Positions 63,038 to 63,932 of a DNA stretch of 63,932 nt are shown piece after piece. The stretch lies in contig JBPOIT010000010.1 of assembly GCA_052034235.1 (NCBI GenBank), forward strand, positions 1-63,932. Direction: 5' to 3'. The position numbers were made by a program, and so were the translations under genes. The first letter of the stretch is position 1. Every line of letters begins with the position of its first letter. Source of the stretch: Candidatus Levyibacteriota bacterium (lineage in GTDB: Bacteria > Patescibacteriota > Microgenomatia > Levybacterales > UBA12049). The notes below the pieces were generated by a model. That model saw only the letters and a program-made list of their open reading frames with translations, did not search any database and was not told where the DNA came from.

Positions 63038-63790
63038 ATGGAATTTTTACTTATACCGATTCTTTTCTTTATTTTAATTTCTGTTAAGCAGATAAATCAG
63101 TACCAAAGAGGTGTCAAATTTTCTTTTGGAAAATATTCCGGGATTATGGAACCAGGATGGAGAATTGTATGGCCAATTATTCAGTCATATCAGAAAGTCG
63201 ATATTCGTACGAAAGCTGTCGATGTTCCTAATCAGGAAGCAATTACAAAGGACAACATATCGGCCAGCATATCAGCTGTTATTTATTATAAAGTAACCGA
63301 TGCTTCGAAGGCAATTCTAGAGGTTGAAAATTTTTTTGTTGCTGTTCATCAACTTGCTCAAACAACAATGAGAAATGTTGTTGGCGAAGTTGATTTAGAC
63401 TCACTCCTTGCAAACCGTGATAAAGTAGCAACGCGCATTAAAGATATTGTGAAAGAAACGACAACACAATGGGGACTTGAAGTACTGACCGTTGAACTTA
63501 AAGATATTGTATTACCTGAAAGTATGAAGCGTACAATGGCAAAACAAGCAGAAGCAGAACGTGAGCGTCGCGCAACAATTATCAATTCTGAGGGTGAAGT
63601 AATAGCAGCTACGAATCTTGCAAAAGCTGCAACAACGATGTCTAGTGCACCAGGTGCTTTACATTTAAGAACACTCAACTCAATTAACGATATCTCATCT
63701 GATCAATCAAATACTGTTGTTTTTGCAGTCCCTATAGAAGTTCTTCATGCTATCGAAAGTTTAGGCGGTAAACATCAATCCTCTAAATAA
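63038..63790 (+). CDS. SPFH/Band-7 (stomatin/slipin-like) membrane protein
   Basis: An N-terminal TM helix is followed by QYQRGV.F.FGKY......PG...V.P.I......D.R........QE.ITKDN......AV.YY.V.D and a coiled-coil (AKQAEAERERRA). Confidence 0.9.
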   Translation: MEFLLIPILFFILISVKQINQYQRGVKFSFGKYSGIMEPGWRIVWPIIQSYQKVDIRTKAVDVPNQEAITKDNISASISAVIYYKVTDASKAILEVENFFVAVHQLAQTTMRNVVGEVDLDSLLANRDKVATRIKDIVKETTTQWGLEVLTVELKDIVLPESMKRTMAKQAEAERERRATIINSEGEVIAATNLAKAATTMSSAPGALHLRTLNSINDISSDQSNTVVFAVPIEVLHAIESLGGKHQSSK

Positions 63791-63932
63791 TGGTAATAGA
63801 TAAACAGACGCGCATTCAAAGCCATTTCCAAAAAATTGATAATCTCGGTGTATCAAATAAAATCTATCAAAAATGTGTTGATGATTTATGCCAGTGGCTT
63901 TTAAAATATGACAGAGTTCAAGATGATTTAAC
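63790..63932 (+). CDS. 5' part of an unidentified CDS running off the window
   Basis: The ATG overlaps the previous stop (TAATG). The frame stays open for 47 codons to the window end (MVIDKQTRIQSHFQKIDNLGVSNKIYQK...). No family was recognised. Confidence 0.3.
   Translation, partial: MVIDKQTRIQSHFQKIDNLGVSNKIYQKCVDDLCQWLLKYDRVQDDL

Overview
This is a gene-dense chromosomal segment of about 55 CDS on both strands, with very short intergenic gaps. The organism is a moderately AT-rich bacterium using the standard code: TGA clearly terminates lepA and the first ORF. GC content was judged by eye only. Content is mostly housekeeping: nusA-infB, rpsO-pnp, RNase J, ftsK, a rodZ-like gene, mltG, alaS, rpoB-rpoC-rpsL-rpsG, mutS-mutL, lepA, groES-groEL, murJ, rpsT, serS, secA and pdxS-pdxT. 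There are also two histidine kinases, one OmpR-type response regulator, a hicBA toxin-antitoxin pair and several envelope or surface proteins. I saw no rRNA, tRNA, CRISPR array, transposase, integrase or prophage block. Several traits fit a Patescibacteria/CPR (Microgenomates-like) genome, which is inference only: domain-minimised proteins (IF-2 493 aa, AlaRS 610 aa, a Lon AAA+ module with no protease domain), an archaeal-type AMP/thymidine phosphorylase, cohesin/PKD and Gmad2 surface proteins, and broken rplKAJL-rpoBC-str synteny. The points most worth a second look are these. (1) At least 14 genes have an extended -10 box 6-8 nt upstream of the ATG, implying pervasive leaderless mRNAs, and this also corrects many ORF-track starts. 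(2) An uncharacterised 438-aa protein that looks like a circularly permuted or GspS-like ATP-grasp amidoligase lies directly downstream of an Asp/Glu racemase. (3) A 786-aa chimeric membrane protein (actin/FtsA-like cytoplasmic domain, acidic linker, TM, beta-rich ectodomain) and a sortase are inserted in the conserved alaS...mltG cluster. (4) There is an orphan protease-less Lon ATPase. (5) hicBA sits where fusA-tuf normally follow rpsG. (6) An OmpR-type direct repeat lies in front of a two-component system and envelope gene cluster. All functional calls come from motif recognition by eye; no searches were run.
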